Below, in pieces: positions 9,131-19,692 of a stretch of DNA of 64,000 nt. Every line of letters begins with the position of its first letter. Positions within the stretch are counted from its first letter, which is position 1. Origin of the DNA: Sterolibacterium sp. (lineage in GTDB: Bacteria; Pseudomonadota; Gammaproteobacteria; Burkholderiales; Rhodocyclaceae); contig JBAYVV010000002.1 of the NCBI GenBank assembly GCA_041674465.1, forward strand, positions 594-64,593, given 5' to 3'. The position numbers and the translations under genes are program-made. The notes below the pieces were generated by a model. The model worked only from the letters and a program-made list of their open reading frames with translations. It had not been told where the DNA came from and ran no database searches.

Positions 9131-11544
9131 AGTCTTCCGCGTGGCGCTGGTGGCGCGTCCCGCTGTACGCACTAAGCTTCGTCACTCTTGCTGGTCTGGT
9201 CAGCTTCCAGTATTTGAAAAGTTCTCTGCCGCAAATCTCCGGCACCCTGTCTTTACCTGGCCTGCTGGCGCCGGCCGAAATCCAGCGCGACCACCACGGC
9301 ATTCCTCACATCTATGCGCAAACCCTGCGCGATGCCAATTTTGCCCTGGGCTTTGCGCATGCCCAGGATCGCCTGTGGCAGATGGAGATGAACCGGCGCA
9401 TCAGTGCCGGGCGTCTCGCCGAGTTGTTCGGCCCGGTGTCACTCGACACCGACCGCTTTCTGCGTACCCTCGGCATACGCCGGGTCAGCCTGGCCACCTG
9501 GGACAAGCTTGATGCCGATACGCGCAGCATCTTCGAAGCCTATACCGACGGCGTGAATGCCTTCCTCGCCATCAACGACAAGCCGCTGCCGCCCGAGTTC
9601 ATTCTGCTGGGGCATCGCCCCGAGCCCTGGTCCGCGATCGATTCTGTCGCCTGGATCAAGATGATGGCCTGGGATCTCAACAGCAGCTGGCGGCCGGAAC
9701 TGCTGCGCATGCAATTGGCCGGCCGGCTGTCTACCCGGCAAGTCCAGGAATTCCTGCCGCCCTATCCGGGTGATACGGCACCCGCCCTGCCCGACCTCGG
9801 CGCACTCTATGCCAGCTTCGCCACAGCCGCCACCCGAATCGCCGCTGCCGCTCCAGCGCAGCCGCCGGAAGGCATCGGCTCCAATAACTGGGTCGTCGAT
9901 GGCAGCCGCAGCACCAGCGGCAAACCCCTGCTGGCCAACGATCCGCATCTCGGCCTGACGGCACCGGGCGTGTGGTACTTCGCGCATCTCGATACGCCGA
10001 CCGAGCACGTAATCGGCGCCACCCTGCCTGGCGTACCGATGGTTGTGCTCGGCCGCAATGACCGTATCGCCTGGGGCTTCACCAACACGGCACCGGATGT
10101 CCAGGATCTGTTCATCGAGCGTCTCGACCCCGCTGATGCGGCCTTCTATGACACGCCCGAAGGCAGGCAGCGTTTCGTCATGGTCAGCGAACGCATCAAG
10201 GTCAAGGGACAAGCGGACACGCTCATGACGGTGCGCATCTCACGCCACGGCCCAATGATTTCCGATGCGTTTGCCGAGGCTGCGCGCGCCACGCCCAAGG
10301 GTTACGCGCTGGCATTCGCCTGGACCACGTTGCGTGAAGACGACCTCAGCGTGCAAGCGCTGGTCCGCCTCGGCCGCGCCAGGAACTGGAATGAATTTAT
10401 CGACGCGATGCGCGATTTCCATTCCCCGCAGCAGAACATCGTGTATGCCGACGTCGCCGGCAACATCGGCTACATCGCTCCCGGCCGCGTACCGCTGCGT
10501 CGCACCGACAACGACCTGAACGGCCTCGCCCCCGCACCGGGCTGGCTTGCGCAATACGACTGGCAGGGCTTCATTCCCTTCGAGGCACTGCCGCAACAAT
10601 TCAATCCCGCTTCCGGAGCGATAGCCACGGCCAACGAAAAAATCACGCCGCCCGATTACAAGTATTGGATTACCTCGCAATGGGAACCGCCGTTCCGCGC
10701 CATGCGCATTGCCGAATTGCTGGCAGCGCGGCAGCAGCATGACCTGGCCAGCTTTGCCGCTATGCAGGCCGACATCCGCTCGCTGTATGTGCGTGAAGTC
10801 CTACCACTACTGCTCGCGGCACCGCTGAACAATGCCGCTGCCCAACGCGCCGCGGACTTGTTGCGCAACTGGGATGGCACGATGGCAAGCGAACTGGTCG
10901 AACCATTGCTGGTCAGCGCCTGGCTGCGCGAGCTGACCCGTCTGGTGTATGCCGATGAGTTGGGCGAGTTGTTTGTTGCAAACTGGGCCGAGCGTCCGAT
11001 CTTCATGCTCAACGTACTGCGCAATCATGAGGGCCAGGGACGCTGGTGCGATGACGTGGCAACTCCGCAACCGGAAACTTGCGCCGGGATGATCGCGCGC
11101 GCCCTCGATCTCGCACTGGCCGACCTCAGCCGGCGCTTCGGCCCGGATATGGCCCAATGGCGCTGGGGCGACGCCCATGTGGCCGTCTCCGAACACCATC
11201 CATTCAGCCAGCAGGAATTGCTGGCGCCCTGGTTCGAACTGCGTCAGCGCGTCTCGGGGGACACTTGGACGCTCGACGTAGGCCGCACTGCGCCGAACCA
11301 TCAGACGCAACCCTTTGCCACGCGTCATGCAGCGAGCCTGCGCGGCATTTACGATCTGGCCGATCCCGACCGTTCGCTCTACATGCATTCCAGCGGACAG
11401 TCGGGCAACCTTTTCTCGTCACTCTACGGCGACTTAAACCCGCCCTGGGCGGCAATGGCGTATTTGCCGATGAGCATGAACCGCGCAGACATCGCTCCGC
11501 ACCAGCTCGGCACGCTCAGGCTGCTGCCCGGATCAGTGCCCTGA
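9127..11544 (+). CDS. Penicillin acylase-family Ntn hydrolase (probable N-acyl-homoserine lactone / acyl-amide acylase)
   Basis: 805 aa with an N-terminal TM/signal segment and the beta-subunit nucleophile context GSNNWVVDGSRSTSGKPLLANDPHL. Its start overlaps the upstream stop (ATGA). Confidence 0.85.
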   Translation: MKSSAWRWWRVPLYALSFVTLAGLVSFQYLKSSLPQISGTLSLPGLLAPAEIQRDHHGIPHIYAQTLRDANFALGFAHAQDRLWQMEMNRRISAGRLAELFGPVSLDTDRFLRTLGIRRVSLATWDKLDADTRSIFEAYTDGVNAFLAINDKPLPPEFILLGHRPEPWSAIDSVAWIKMMAWDLNSSWRPELLRMQLAGRLSTRQVQEFLPPYPGDTAPALPDLGALYASFATAATRIAAAAPAQPPEGIGSNNWVVDGSRSTSGKPLLANDPHLGLTAPGVWYFAHLDTPTEHVIGATLPGVPMVVLGRNDRIAWGFTNTAPDVQDLFIERLDPADAAFYDTPEGRQRFVMVSERIKVKGQADTLMTVRISRHGPMISDAFAEAARATPKGYALAFAWTTLREDDLSVQALVRLGRARNWNEFIDAMRDFHSPQQNIVYADVAGNIGYIAPGRVPLRRTDNDLNGLAPAPGWLAQYDWQGFIPFEALPQQFNPASGAIATANEKITPPDYKYWITSQWEPPFRAMRIAELLAARQQHDLASFAAMQADIRSLYVREVLPLLLAAPLNNAAAQRAADLLRNWDGTMASELVEPLLVSAWLRELTRLVYADELGELFVANWAERPIFMLNVLRNHEGQGRWCDDVATPQPETCAGMIARALDLALADLSRRFGPDMAQWRWGDAHVAVSEHHPFSQQELLAPWFELRQRVSGDTWTLDVGRTAPNHQTQPFATRHAASLRGIYDLADPDRSLYMHSSGQSGNLFSSLYGDLNPPWAAMAYLPMSMNRADIAPHQLGTLRLLPGSVP

Positions 11545-11871
11545 ACCCGCCAAAGCCAGGATAAATCTCACCAGTTCCTGCATCTCGGCCTGCTTCTTCC
11601 CTTCCGGGTCGTTTGCCGGCATGTGGATGAGCCCGAAGAAACCGGAACTGCCCCTGGATACTCGCACCAGCAACTTTTCTTCTGCCAGTGGATCGCCGGC
11701 ATATTTTTTCGAGACATCCATCCATGCCGGTCCGACGATGCGCTCATTGATGGCATGACAATTCACGCAATCATTGCGCTTGGCCAGCTCCGGCATGTCC
11801 ACTGCCATTGCGGTAGTGCACAACATCAGGAGACTGCATGCCTTGCATGCGATATTGGTGAAATGCTTCAT
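11533..11871 (-). CDS. Class I c-type cytochrome (c551/c552-like)
   Basis: 112 aa with a signal peptide, the heme site CVNCHAI, then VGPAWMDVSKKYAG and a distal HMPAN (Met ligand). An AGAGGG SD lies about 8 nt upstream of the ATG. Confidence 0.8.
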   Translation of the reverse strand: MKHFTNIACKACSLLMLCTTAMAVDMPELAKRNDCVNCHAINERIVGPAWMDVSKKYAGDPLAEEKLLVRVSRGSSGFFGLIHMPANDPEGKKQAEMQELVRFILALAGSGH

Positions 11872-11898
11872 CGCGGGTGCCCTCTGCCTGATATCGAA

Positions 11899-12177
11899 TT
11901 ACCTGTGAAACGGGAAAGCCGCATTAAACCCAGCCTCTGTGGCACGAACGCGCTCGTCGAAGCGACGATTGGCATCCGGCACACTTCGCTCTGCCGGAGA
12001 TTTCTCGATGGGTTCAGGAATGGAACTTGAAACACAACTGTCGCGAGAAACCAGGCAGGCGAGGATGGCGATGCTGAAGATCACGGCCATTCCCCAAAAT
12101 GCAGGATGCCATTTTCCGAACGAACCTGATTTTCTGACAGCACCGGCTTCCATGATCGACATTTCATCAACACTCAT
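11899..12177 (-). CDS. Hypothetical small single-pass membrane protein (start uncertain: 12177, 12162 or 12153)
   Basis: ORF lying between the HD-GYP gene and the cytochrome c gene on the same strand. It has one hydrophobic helix (AFWGMAVIFSIAILACLV). No recognisable SD and no family recognised. Confidence 0.3.
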   Translation of the reverse strand: MSVDEMSIMEAGAVRKSGSFGKWHPAFWGMAVIFSIAILACLVSRDSCVSSSIPEPIEKSPAERSVPDANRRFDERVRATEAGFNAAFPFHR

Positions 12178-12291
12178 GTCGCAAAGATACCCCGGCAGCA
12201 CCGGGCAAGCAGTGAGCCAGCTCACACTTTCCGGGAGTTTTGTCTTTTCAAATCTTCTGCCTGAACACCAGCATCGCGTTCCAGCCAACAG

Positions 12292-13509
12292 CTATGCAGG
12301 CTGTGTCCAGTAATCCTGAAGATTCCTGATGCCCCATTTGGCGGCTTCTTCGACGCCCATGATTTTTTCCATGCTGCCATGGCGGGACAGGTCGACGATT
12401 TCCGGCTTGATGTAAGCCGTCGACCGGGTCGAATAAAACACCTTCACCATGGGTGTCAGCAGCGATTTCTCGGTCTGGTCGAGCACCACGCCGAGCCGGC
12501 CGGAAGTCAGGCGAATCAACGATCCCGTCGGGTAAATGCCGATGCATTTGACGAATGCGTGGAACACTTCCTTATCGAAATGTCCGGCGCTCCACTCCGA
12601 CATCTTGTGGATCGATTCGGAAGGATCCCAGCCTGGCTTGTAGGGACGATTCGAAGTAATCGCATCATAGACATCGCAGACCGCGCACATCTTGGTGTAA
12701 AGGCTGATCTCGTCACCCGTCTGGTGATGCGGATAGCCGCTGCCGTCGGTTTTTTCGTGATGATGAAGGCAAACATTGAGCAGGGTTTCGTTGGCATCCT
12801 TGCCCTCTTCCAGGATTTGGTGGCCTGTCGTGGAATGCGCCTTGACGATGGCGAATTCCTCATCGGTCAGCTTGCCAGGTTTGTTGAGCACCTTCATCGG
12901 TAATTTGGCTTTGCCGATATCGTGAAACAGGCCGGCCAGGCCGGCTTCCCGCACATCCTCTTCATCAAAGGCCATCTGCCGCGCCAGTCCGATCATCAAG
13001 GCGCAAACGGCCACCGAGTGCATGTAGGTGTAGTTATCGACAGTCTTGAGACGGGCCAGGCTGATCAATGCGCCCGGGTTTCGATGCACGGAGGCTGAGA
13101 TTTCCCTGACGAACTCATTCGCGGCCGCGGGGCAGACAGCCTTGCCCATACGGATTTCCTGAAACATCGAGCGCACCGCTTCGGTGGCCTTGTTGCAGGT
13201 CTTGGCAGCCATTTTCACTTCCGCAGAGAGCGTGATTTGCTTGGGGAGTTCAACACGACTGCTGGACTCGCTCAGGACTTTTCCAGCTGCTGCGATCACT
13301 TCTTCGCGATCCGGCTCTGCCTCAACATTGAGCCCCTTGTCTGTATTGATCCAGACTTCCTTGATGCCGCTCCCAAGAATTTTGCGAATGTCTTCAGGAT
13401 CCTCGAGGACAAATTTGGTGCGCCAGAACGGATGGCTCAACCACGAGCCGCAAAGCTCATGGATATGCATGCCCAGACAAAGCTGCCTGGCATTGATTTT
13501 TTTCAGCAT
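12292..13509 (-). CDS. HD-GYP domain c-di-GMP phosphodiesterase with a DUF3391-like N-terminal domain
   Basis: 405 aa with HD (LFHDIGK) and HHHEKTDGSGYP motifs. The N-terminus (MLKKINARQLCLGMHIHEL...SWLSHPFW) is typical of DUF3391-HD-GYP proteins. Confidence 0.85.
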   Translation of the reverse strand: MLKKINARQLCLGMHIHELCGSWLSHPFWRTKFVLEDPEDIRKILGSGIKEVWINTDKGLNVEAEPDREEVIAAAGKVLSESSSRVELPKQITLSAEVKMAAKTCNKATEAVRSMFQEIRMGKAVCPAAANEFVREISASVHRNPGALISLARLKTVDNYTYMHSVAVCALMIGLARQMAFDEEDVREAGLAGLFHDIGKAKLPMKVLNKPGKLTDEEFAIVKAHSTTGHQILEEGKDANETLLNVCLHHHEKTDGSGYPHHQTGDEISLYTKMCAVCDVYDAITSNRPYKPGWDPSESIHKMSEWSAGHFDKEVFHAFVKCIGIYPTGSLIRLTSGRLGVVLDQTEKSLLTPMVKVFYSTRSTAYIKPEIVDLSRHGSMEKIMGVEEAAKWGIRNLQDYWTQPA

Positions 13510-13614
13510 GATGGATTGATTGTATTTGTAAATGCCTCACTCACATGAAGGAGATTACCGGCAATTGAGCAATCCATCAATCCATTCATGGAAAGAGATG
13601 TTGAGGGAAGAGCG

Positions 13615-14682
13615 TCAACCCAGCTTCATGATCCGCTCCACCTGCCGCCAGGCTTCTTCCGCCAGAGGCCGGGTACGCTTGCCCATCTCGACGGCTTCCT
13701 GGCTCGAGGCATTGCCCTGCAGCGCCCGAGCCATGATGCCCTGGAGAATGCCGGCGAGTCGGAACATGTTAAAGGCCATGTAGTATTCCCAGTCTGCCGG
13801 TGCGATCGGCGCTTGTCCGGTACGACGGCAATAGGCCGCAACATAGTCGGCCTCGCTGGGAATGCCGAGCGGGAGGTAATCCACGCCCACCAGACCGCGA
13901 AACTGTCCGGGCGACAAGCGCCAGGCCATGCAGTGATAAGCGAAATCGGTGAGCGGATGCCCCAGGGTGGAGAGCTCCCAGTCGAGTACTGCGAGGATGC
14001 GCGGCTCGGTCGGATGGAACACCACGTTGTCGAGGCGGAAGTCGCCATGCACCACACGCGTTTCATCACCCACCGGAATATGCTGTGGCAGCCAGGCGAT
14101 CAGGTTGTCCATCGCCTCGATGCGCTCGGTTTCCGCAGCCTTGTACTGCTTGCTCCAGCGTGCCACCTGGCGCTCCAGGTAATTGCCCGGTTTACCGTAA
14201 TCGCCGAGACCGACCGCCGCGTAATCGACCGAATGCAAGGCAGCGATGACGCGGTTCATCTCGTCGAAAATCGCACGCCGCTCAGACGGCGTCATGCCGG
14301 GCAGGGCCGGATCCCAAAAAATGCGTCCCTGGACATAATCCATGATGTAGAAGGCAGTGCCGATGACGGTTTCGTCTTCGCACAGGGCAAATGTTTTTGC
14401 CACCGGCACATCGGTAGTTGCCAGCGCTGTGATGACGCGATACTCGCGGTCGACCGCGTGCGCCGAAGGCAACAACTTGCCGGGCGGCTTACGCCGCAGC
14501 ACGTAAGCCGCTTTGCCGGTGCGAATCAGGAAGGTGGGGTTGGACTGGCCGCCCTTGAATTGCTCGATCTCGACCGAGCCGGTGAAGCCCGCAACGTGCT
14601 CACGCATCCATGTTTCCAGCCGCTGCGTGTCGAAGGTATTCTGCGGCGCAATCGGCCGTGTCCCGTGATTGCTCTCGGTCAT
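13615..14682 (-). CDS. Phosphotransferase-family protein (APH/choline-kinase fold; the type associated with acyl-CoA dehydrogenase-family genes)
   Basis: Kinase-like catalytic motif VVHGDFRLDNVVFHP followed by VLDWELSTLGHP. I chose the start at MTESNHG (ATG 14680-14682), just downstream of the SDR stop. Confidence 0.75.
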   Translation of the reverse strand: MTESNHGTRPIAPQNTFDTQRLETWMREHVAGFTGSVEIEQFKGGQSNPTFLIRTGKAAYVLRRKPPGKLLPSAHAVDREYRVITALATTDVPVAKTFALCEDETVIGTAFYIMDYVQGRIFWDPALPGMTPSERRAIFDEMNRVIAALHSVDYAAVGLGDYGKPGNYLERQVARWSKQYKAAETERIEAMDNLIAWLPQHIPVGDETRVVHGDFRLDNVVFHPTEPRILAVLDWELSTLGHPLTDFAYHCMAWRLSPGQFRGLVGVDYLPLGIPSEADYVAAYCRRTGQAPIAPADWEYYMAFNMFRLAGILQGIMARALQGNASSQEAVEMGKRTRPLAEEAWRQVERIMKLG

Positions 14683-14695
14683 GACAAGCCCTACC

Positions 14696-15472
14696 TCATG
14701 CGGCGGTGATGGCGCCGCCGTCGACCGCCAGATATTGTCCGGTGATGTGCCGTGAAGCCTCGCTGGCAAGAAACACCACCGCGCCCATCAGATCCTCCTC
14801 ACCACCAAGACGATGCAGCGGCGTCGCCTCGACAATTTTCTCCTCGATCCTGTCCAGCAATACCTGCGACATCTTGGAGCGGAAGAAGCCCGGACAGATG
14901 GCGTTCACATTGATGTTGTACTTGCCCCATTCGGAAGCCAGGCCGCGCGTGAAGTTGACCGCTGCGCCCTTGCTCGCCGTGTAGGCGATGGTGGTCATGT
15001 CGGGCGGGCCGCCGGAGAGGCCGGCAATCGAGGCGATATTGATGATCTTGCCGGCTCGCTTGGGGATCATCACGCGCTTGCCCACTTCGCGCGAGAGCAG
15101 GAACATTGCGTTGATGTTGAGGTTCATGATCTTGTTCCAGGCATCGGTCGGATGATCCTCGGCCGGTGCCGACCAACTCGCGCCGGCGTTGTTCACGAGG
15201 ATGTCGATGGTGCCGTACCTGGCCAGCACGGCATCGACCATGGCGGGAATACCGTCGAACTTCGACAGGTCATTGACGATGGTCAGGCAATCGATGCCCA
15301 GTTTGGCAAGATGCTCCGTGGCTTCCTGGAGTTCGTCGGCTTTGCGCGCCGTGATCGCCAGACGGCAGCCCATCTCGCCCAGGGCTGTGGCCATTTGCAA
15401 ACCCAAGCCGCGCGACGCTCCAGTAATCAGGGCGACCTTGCCGGTGAGATCGAAGAGTTTCTTTACCCCCAT
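14696..15472 (-). CDS. SDR-family oxidoreductase
   Basis: TGASRGLG cofactor motif, NNAG, and a YTASKGA catalytic Tyr/Lys. I chose the start at MGVKKLF (15470-15472), 1 nt after the thiolase stop. Confidence 0.85.
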   Translation of the reverse strand: MGVKKLFDLTGKVALITGASRGLGLQMATALGEMGCRLAITARKADELQEATEHLAKLGIDCLTIVNDLSKFDGIPAMVDAVLARYGTIDILVNNAGASWSAPAEDHPTDAWNKIMNLNINAMFLLSREVGKRVMIPKRAGKIINIASIAGLSGGPPDMTTIAYTASKGAAVNFTRGLASEWGKYNINVNAICPGFFRSKMSQVLLDRIEEKIVEATPLHRLGGEEDLMGAVVFLASEASRHITGQYLAVDGGAITAA

Positions 15473-15473
15473 C

Positions 15474-16652
15474 TCAGCACACCTCGAACAATCCGGCAGC
15501 ACCCTGGCCACCACCGATGCACATGGTGACAACCACGTACTTGACGCCGCGACGCTTGCCTTCGATCAGCGCATGGCCGGTCAGACGCGCCCCGGAAACG
15601 CCGTAAGGATGGCCGACGGCGATCGCACCGCCATTGACGTTGAGGCGATCGTCGGGAATGCCCAGCTTGTCGCGGCAGTAGATCACCTGCACCGCGAACG
15701 CTTCATTGAGTTCCCACAGGCCGATGTCAGCCACCTTCAGGCCGGCACGTTCCAGCAGACGCGGAATCGCGAAGACCGGGCCGATGCCCATTTCATCCGG
15801 CTCGCAGCCGGCCACGGCGAAGCCGCGGAAGATGCCGAGCGGCTTGATGCCGCGCTGCTCGGCGAGCTTGCCGTTCATCACCACGCAGGCGGCGGCGCCG
15901 TCGGAAAACTGGCTGGCATTGCCGGCCGTGATGACGCCGCCGGGAAACACGGTGCGGATCTTGGCCACGCCTTCCAGTGTGGTGTCGCCGCGGATACCCT
16001 CATCTGCGGCGATGGTCACTTCACGCGTGGAGAGTTGGCTGGTGGCCTTGTCGGCGACACCCATGGTTACCGTCATGGGCACGATTTCGTCGTTGAATTT
16101 ACCTGCGGCCTGGGCGGCGGCGGCGCGCTGCTGGCTGCGCGCGCCGTATTCGTCCTGCCTGTCGCGCGGAATGTTGTAGCGCTTGGCCACCTGCTCGGCG
16201 GTCTGCAGCATGGTCCAGTAGATTTCCGGCTTGTTCTGCGTCAGCCACGCCTCGGTCAGCATGTGCTGGTTCATCTCCTGTTGCACGCAGGAGATCGCTT
16301 CGACGCCGCCGGCCACCATCACCGGCACCTGATCGACAATCACGCGCTGCGCCGCCATGGCGATGGCTTGCAAGCCGGAAGAACAGAAGCGGTTGACTGT
16401 CACGCCGGCGGTGGTCACCGGCAAGCCGGCGCGCAGCGCGATCTGCCGCGCGATGTTGGCGCCGGTGGCGCCCTCGGGCGTGGCACAGCCGAAAATGACA
16501 TCCTCGACTTCGGCGGGATCGATGCCGGCGCGCGCAACGGCGGCCTGCACCACATGGCCGCCCAGGGTTGCACCGTGGGTCATGTTGAAAGCGCCCTTCC
16601 AGGACTTGGCCAGTCCGGTGCGGGCGGTGGAAACGATTACGGCATCAGTCAT
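15474..16652 (-). CDS. Acetyl-CoA C-acyltransferase (thiolase)
   Basis: 392 aa with an active-site Cys context ([12 protein letters not shown]) and C-terminal [19 protein letters not shown]...CIGGGQG. Confidence 0.9.
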   Translation of the reverse strand: MTDAVIVSTARTGLAKSWKGAFNMTHGATLGGHVVQAAVARAGIDPAEVEDVIFGCATPEGATGANIARQIALRAGLPVTTAGVTVNRFCSSGLQAIAMAAQRVIVDQVPVMVAGGVEAISCVQQEMNQHMLTEAWLTQNKPEIYWTMLQTAEQVAKRYNIPRDRQDEYGARSQQRAAAAQAAGKFNDEIVPMTVTMGVADKATSQLSTREVTIAADEGIRGDTTLEGVAKIRTVFPGGVITAGNASQFSDGAAACVVMNGKLAEQRGIKPLGIFRGFAVAGCEPDEMGIGPVFAIPRLLERAGLKVADIGLWELNEAFAVQVIYCRDKLGIPDDRLNVNGGAIAVGHPYGVSGARLTGHALIEGKRRGVKYVVVTMCIGGGQGAAGLFEVC

Positions 16653-16677
16653 TGCATTTCTCCAGAATACTGTTCAG

Positions 16678-18765
16678 TCAGTTGAACGTCTTGCCTTCAG
16701 CGGCAAGCGTGGTGAGCAGGGGCGCGGGTTGCCAGCATTCGCCGTGATGTCCCTTGGCATACTTGCGGATCGCATTCAGGACGTTCGGCAATCCGATGAT
16801 ATCGGCATAGAGCATCGGGCCGCCGCGGTGCAGGGGGAAACCGTAGCCGGTCAGATAGACCATGTCGATGTCGGAAGCGCGCTGGGCAATGCCTTCTTCG
16901 AGGAGGCTTGCCCCTTCGTTGGTCAAGGCATACACCAGGCGCTCGACGATCTCCTTGTCGGAAATCTTGCGCCGGGTAATACCCAGATCGGCCGAGTGCT
17001 TGATCACCATGTCATTGACGAGCTGGCTCGGATAAGCGCTGCGATCGCCGGGCTTGTAATCGTACCAGCCGGCGCCGACCTTCTGGCCGAAGCGGCCCAT
17101 TTCGCAGAGCAGGTCGGCAGTCTTCGAGTAGGTGATTTCGGGGCAGTCTTTGTAATGACGCTTGCGGATCGCCCAGCTGATGTCGTTGCCCGCCATGTCG
17201 ATCATGCGGAAAGGACCCATGGCAAAACCGAATTTCTCGACGGCCTGGTCCACCTGCTGCGGCAGACAGCCCTCCTCGAGCAGGAAGCCGGCCTGGCGGC
17301 TGTACTGGTTGATCATGCGGTTGCCGATGAAACCGTCGCAGACGCCCGAGACCACGGCGGTCTTCTTGATTTTCTTGGCCGTCTGCATCACCGTCGCCAT
17401 GACATCCTTGGCGGTCGCCGAACCTCGCACCACTTCCAGCAGCTTCATGATGTTGGCCGGGCTGAAGAAATGCAGGCCGACCACGTCCTGTGGCCGCTTG
17501 GTGAAATTGGCGATGAGATTCAAATCCAGCGTCGAGGTGTTGGAGGCGAGGATCGCACCGGGCTTGGCGACTGCGTCGAGCTTCTGGAACACCTGCTGCT
17601 TGATGCCGATCTCCTCGAACACCGCCTCGATGATCAGATCGGCATCCTTCAGATCGTCATAGGCCAAGGTGGGCTTGAGCAGTCCCATGCGGCTGTCGAA
17701 TTTTTCCTGCGTCAGCTTGCCCTTCTTGAGCGAGCTTTCGTAATTCTTGCGGATCGTCGCCACGCCCTTGTCGAGCATTTCCTGCTTGGTTTCCAGGATG
17801 GTCACGGGTATGCCGGCATTCAGAAAATTCATGCTGATGCCGCCGCCCATGGTGCCGGCGCCGATCACGGCGACTTTTTCAATCTTGCGCAAGAGCGTGT
17901 CTGACGGCACATCGGCGATTTTCGACGCCGCCCGCTCGCCGAAGAAGAAATGACGCAAGGCCCGGGATTCCGGAGTTTGCACCAGATGGAGGAAGGCTTC
18001 GCGCTCCACCTTGAGGCCATCATCGAAGCTTCTCGATGTGATCGCCGCAGCAATGGCATCGATGCATTTCAGCGGCGCCGGGAAGGGGCCGGCAACAGGC
18101 TTGACCATATTGCGGGCAAATTGCAGGAAAGCCGCATGATTCGGGTAATCGATCCGGATGTCGCGCACCAGTTTCAGCGGACGGTTCTCCGTCACCAAAG
18201 TTCGCGCGAAAACCAGTGCACCCTGCAGCAGGTCGCCGCTGATGATCTGGTCAAACAGCGCGGTCTTGGCAAGTTGCTCGGCGGGCACATCGGCACCCGA
18301 AACGATCATGTTGAGTGCCGCCTCGACGCCAATGACGCGGGGCAGGCGCTGCGTGCCGCCAGCACCCGGCAGAATGCCGAGCTTGACTTCCGGCAGGGCG
18401 ATCTTGGCATCCGCCACCGCCACGCGGAAATGGCAGGCCAGCGCCAGTTCCAGGCCGCCGCCCATGGCGACGCCATGGATCGCCGCAATCACCGGCTTGT
18501 CGCTGGCTTCGACAAAATTAATGACGGTATGCAGGTTCGGCTCGGCCAGCGCCGAAGGCTTGCCGAATTCCGTAATGTCGGCCCCGCCCGAAAAGGCCTT
18601 GCCGGCGCCGATCAAGACGATCGCTTTGATGCATTTGTCATCATTGGCGCGCGTCACGGCGCTGGTGATGGCACTGCGCAGCGCATGCCCGAGTCCATTC
18701 ACCGGCGGGTTGTCGAGAGTGATCACGGCAACTTCGCCATGAACCTGGTATTCGGATGCACTCAT
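16678..18765 (-). CDS. Multifunctional enoyl-CoA hydratase / 3-hydroxyacyl-CoA dehydrogenase (FadB/FadJ-like)
   Basis: 695 aa. N-terminal crotonase fold ([26 protein letters not shown]). Central Rossmann motif ([11 protein letters not shown]) and [14 protein letters not shown]. Confidence 0.9.
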   Translation of the reverse strand: MSASEYQVHGEVAVITLDNPPVNGLGHALRSAITSAVTRANDDKCIKAIVLIGAGKAFSGGADITEFGKPSALAEPNLHTVINFVEASDKPVIAAIHGVAMGGGLELALACHFRVAVADAKIALPEVKLGILPGAGGTQRLPRVIGVEAALNMIVSGADVPAEQLAKTALFDQIISGDLLQGALVFARTLVTENRPLKLVRDIRIDYPNHAAFLQFARNMVKPVAGPFPAPLKCIDAIAAAITSRSFDDGLKVEREAFLHLVQTPESRALRHFFFGERAASKIADVPSDTLLRKIEKVAVIGAGTMGGGISMNFLNAGIPVTILETKQEMLDKGVATIRKNYESSLKKGKLTQEKFDSRMGLLKPTLAYDDLKDADLIIEAVFEEIGIKQQVFQKLDAVAKPGAILASNTSTLDLNLIANFTKRPQDVVGLHFFSPANIMKLLEVVRGSATAKDVMATVMQTAKKIKKTAVVSGVCDGFIGNRMINQYSRQAGFLLEEGCLPQQVDQAVEKFGFAMGPFRMIDMAGNDISWAIRKRHYKDCPEITYSKTADLLCEMGRFGQKVGAGWYDYKPGDRSAYPSQLVNDMVIKHSADLGITRRKISDKEIVERLVYALTNEGASLLEEGIAQRASDIDMVYLTGYGFPLHRGGPMLYADIIGLPNVLNAIRKYAKGHHGECWQPAPLLTTLAAEGKTFN

Positions 18766-18945
18766 GCTGGTAGTCTCCTTTGTTTACTGCAATCAGTTTA
18801 AAGCTTCCTGGCCTTGGCCATGCGATTCGAAATCGCGTGCCCGATGTGAAGTTCGCAAGCCTGCAGCTTGTCTGGGCAAGGTGATTACCGTATTCTATCC
18901 ACGATTGCTACGCCATATTTCCCTACGCAAGAGTTACCTGAGCTT

Positions 18946-19668
18946 ATGTCGAAAATACATGTCCTTTTAAAAAAGGAAGAACTGGACAACGAAAGGCTGG
19001 CGAGCAAAGTGGTGGTGGTGCTCGATATCCTCTTCGCCACGTCAAGCATCGTCGCAGCCCTGGCGCACGGTGCAGCCGAGGTTGTGCCGACACCCGACGG
19101 TACGGCGGCAGCGGCCGAAGCCGCAAGACGCCCTGCCGGCAGCTACCTGCTGGCGGGTGAGCTGAATGCGGAAACCCTGCCCGGATTCGCCCATCCAATG
19201 CCGCTTGCGCTGCTGCAGGAGGAGATCAGTGGCCGCAGCCTGATCTACTCAACCACCAACGGCACGGTGGCACTGAACAAGTCGCGCGATGCCGCGCACG
19301 TCTACGCCGCCGCATTGCTCAATGGCGAAGCCGTAGTCCAGCACATCGTCCGGACACACCCGGACAGCACGGTACTGGTCGTATGCTCGGGCTCGGCGGA
19401 CAACTTCAACCTGGAAGATTTCTACGGTGCCGGTTATATCGTTTCGTTGTTTCGCAAGATTGGCGGCACGCACGAGTTCTCCGATGCCGCCCTGGCCGCA
19501 GAGATGCTGCATGCCCATGCCGACGCCACCGACTGCCTGCAACGCTCCCGCGTCGGCCGCCTGATGCTGGCGCGGAATCTAGAAGCAGAAGTGCATTTCG
19601 CCACGCTCAAGAGCGTCTTCGATATCGTTCCGCAACTGGCACCGGATGGCAGCTTGCGGCTGCTCTGA
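18946..19668 (+). CDS. 2-phosphosulfolactate phosphatase (ComB) family protein
   Basis: The N-terminal VVVVLDILFATSSIV resembles the ComB VVVIDVLRATT signature, and the length is about 240 aa. ATG at 18946 preferred over the upstream TTG at 18868. Confidence 0.6.
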   Translation: MSKIHVLLKKEELDNERLASKVVVVLDILFATSSIVAALAHGAAEVVPTPDGTAAAAEAARRPAGSYLLAGELNAETLPGFAHPMPLALLQEEISGRSLIYSTTNGTVALNKSRDAAHVYAAALLNGEAVVQHIVRTHPDSTVLVVCSGSADNFNLEDFYGAGYIVSLFRKIGGTHEFSDAALAAEMLHAHADATDCLQRSRVGRLMLARNLEAEVHFATLKSVFDIVPQLAPDGSLRLL

Positions 19669-19692
19669 TGCATCACGGGAAGGAATCAGACG

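Noticed and set aside
18868-18945. An upstream TTG start that would extend the ComB-like ORF by 26 aa.
   Set aside because: The extension (MSGQGDYRILSTIATPYFPTQELPEL) precedes the conserved ComB N-terminal core, and an in-frame ATG at 18946 gives the typical length. The choice remains uncertain.
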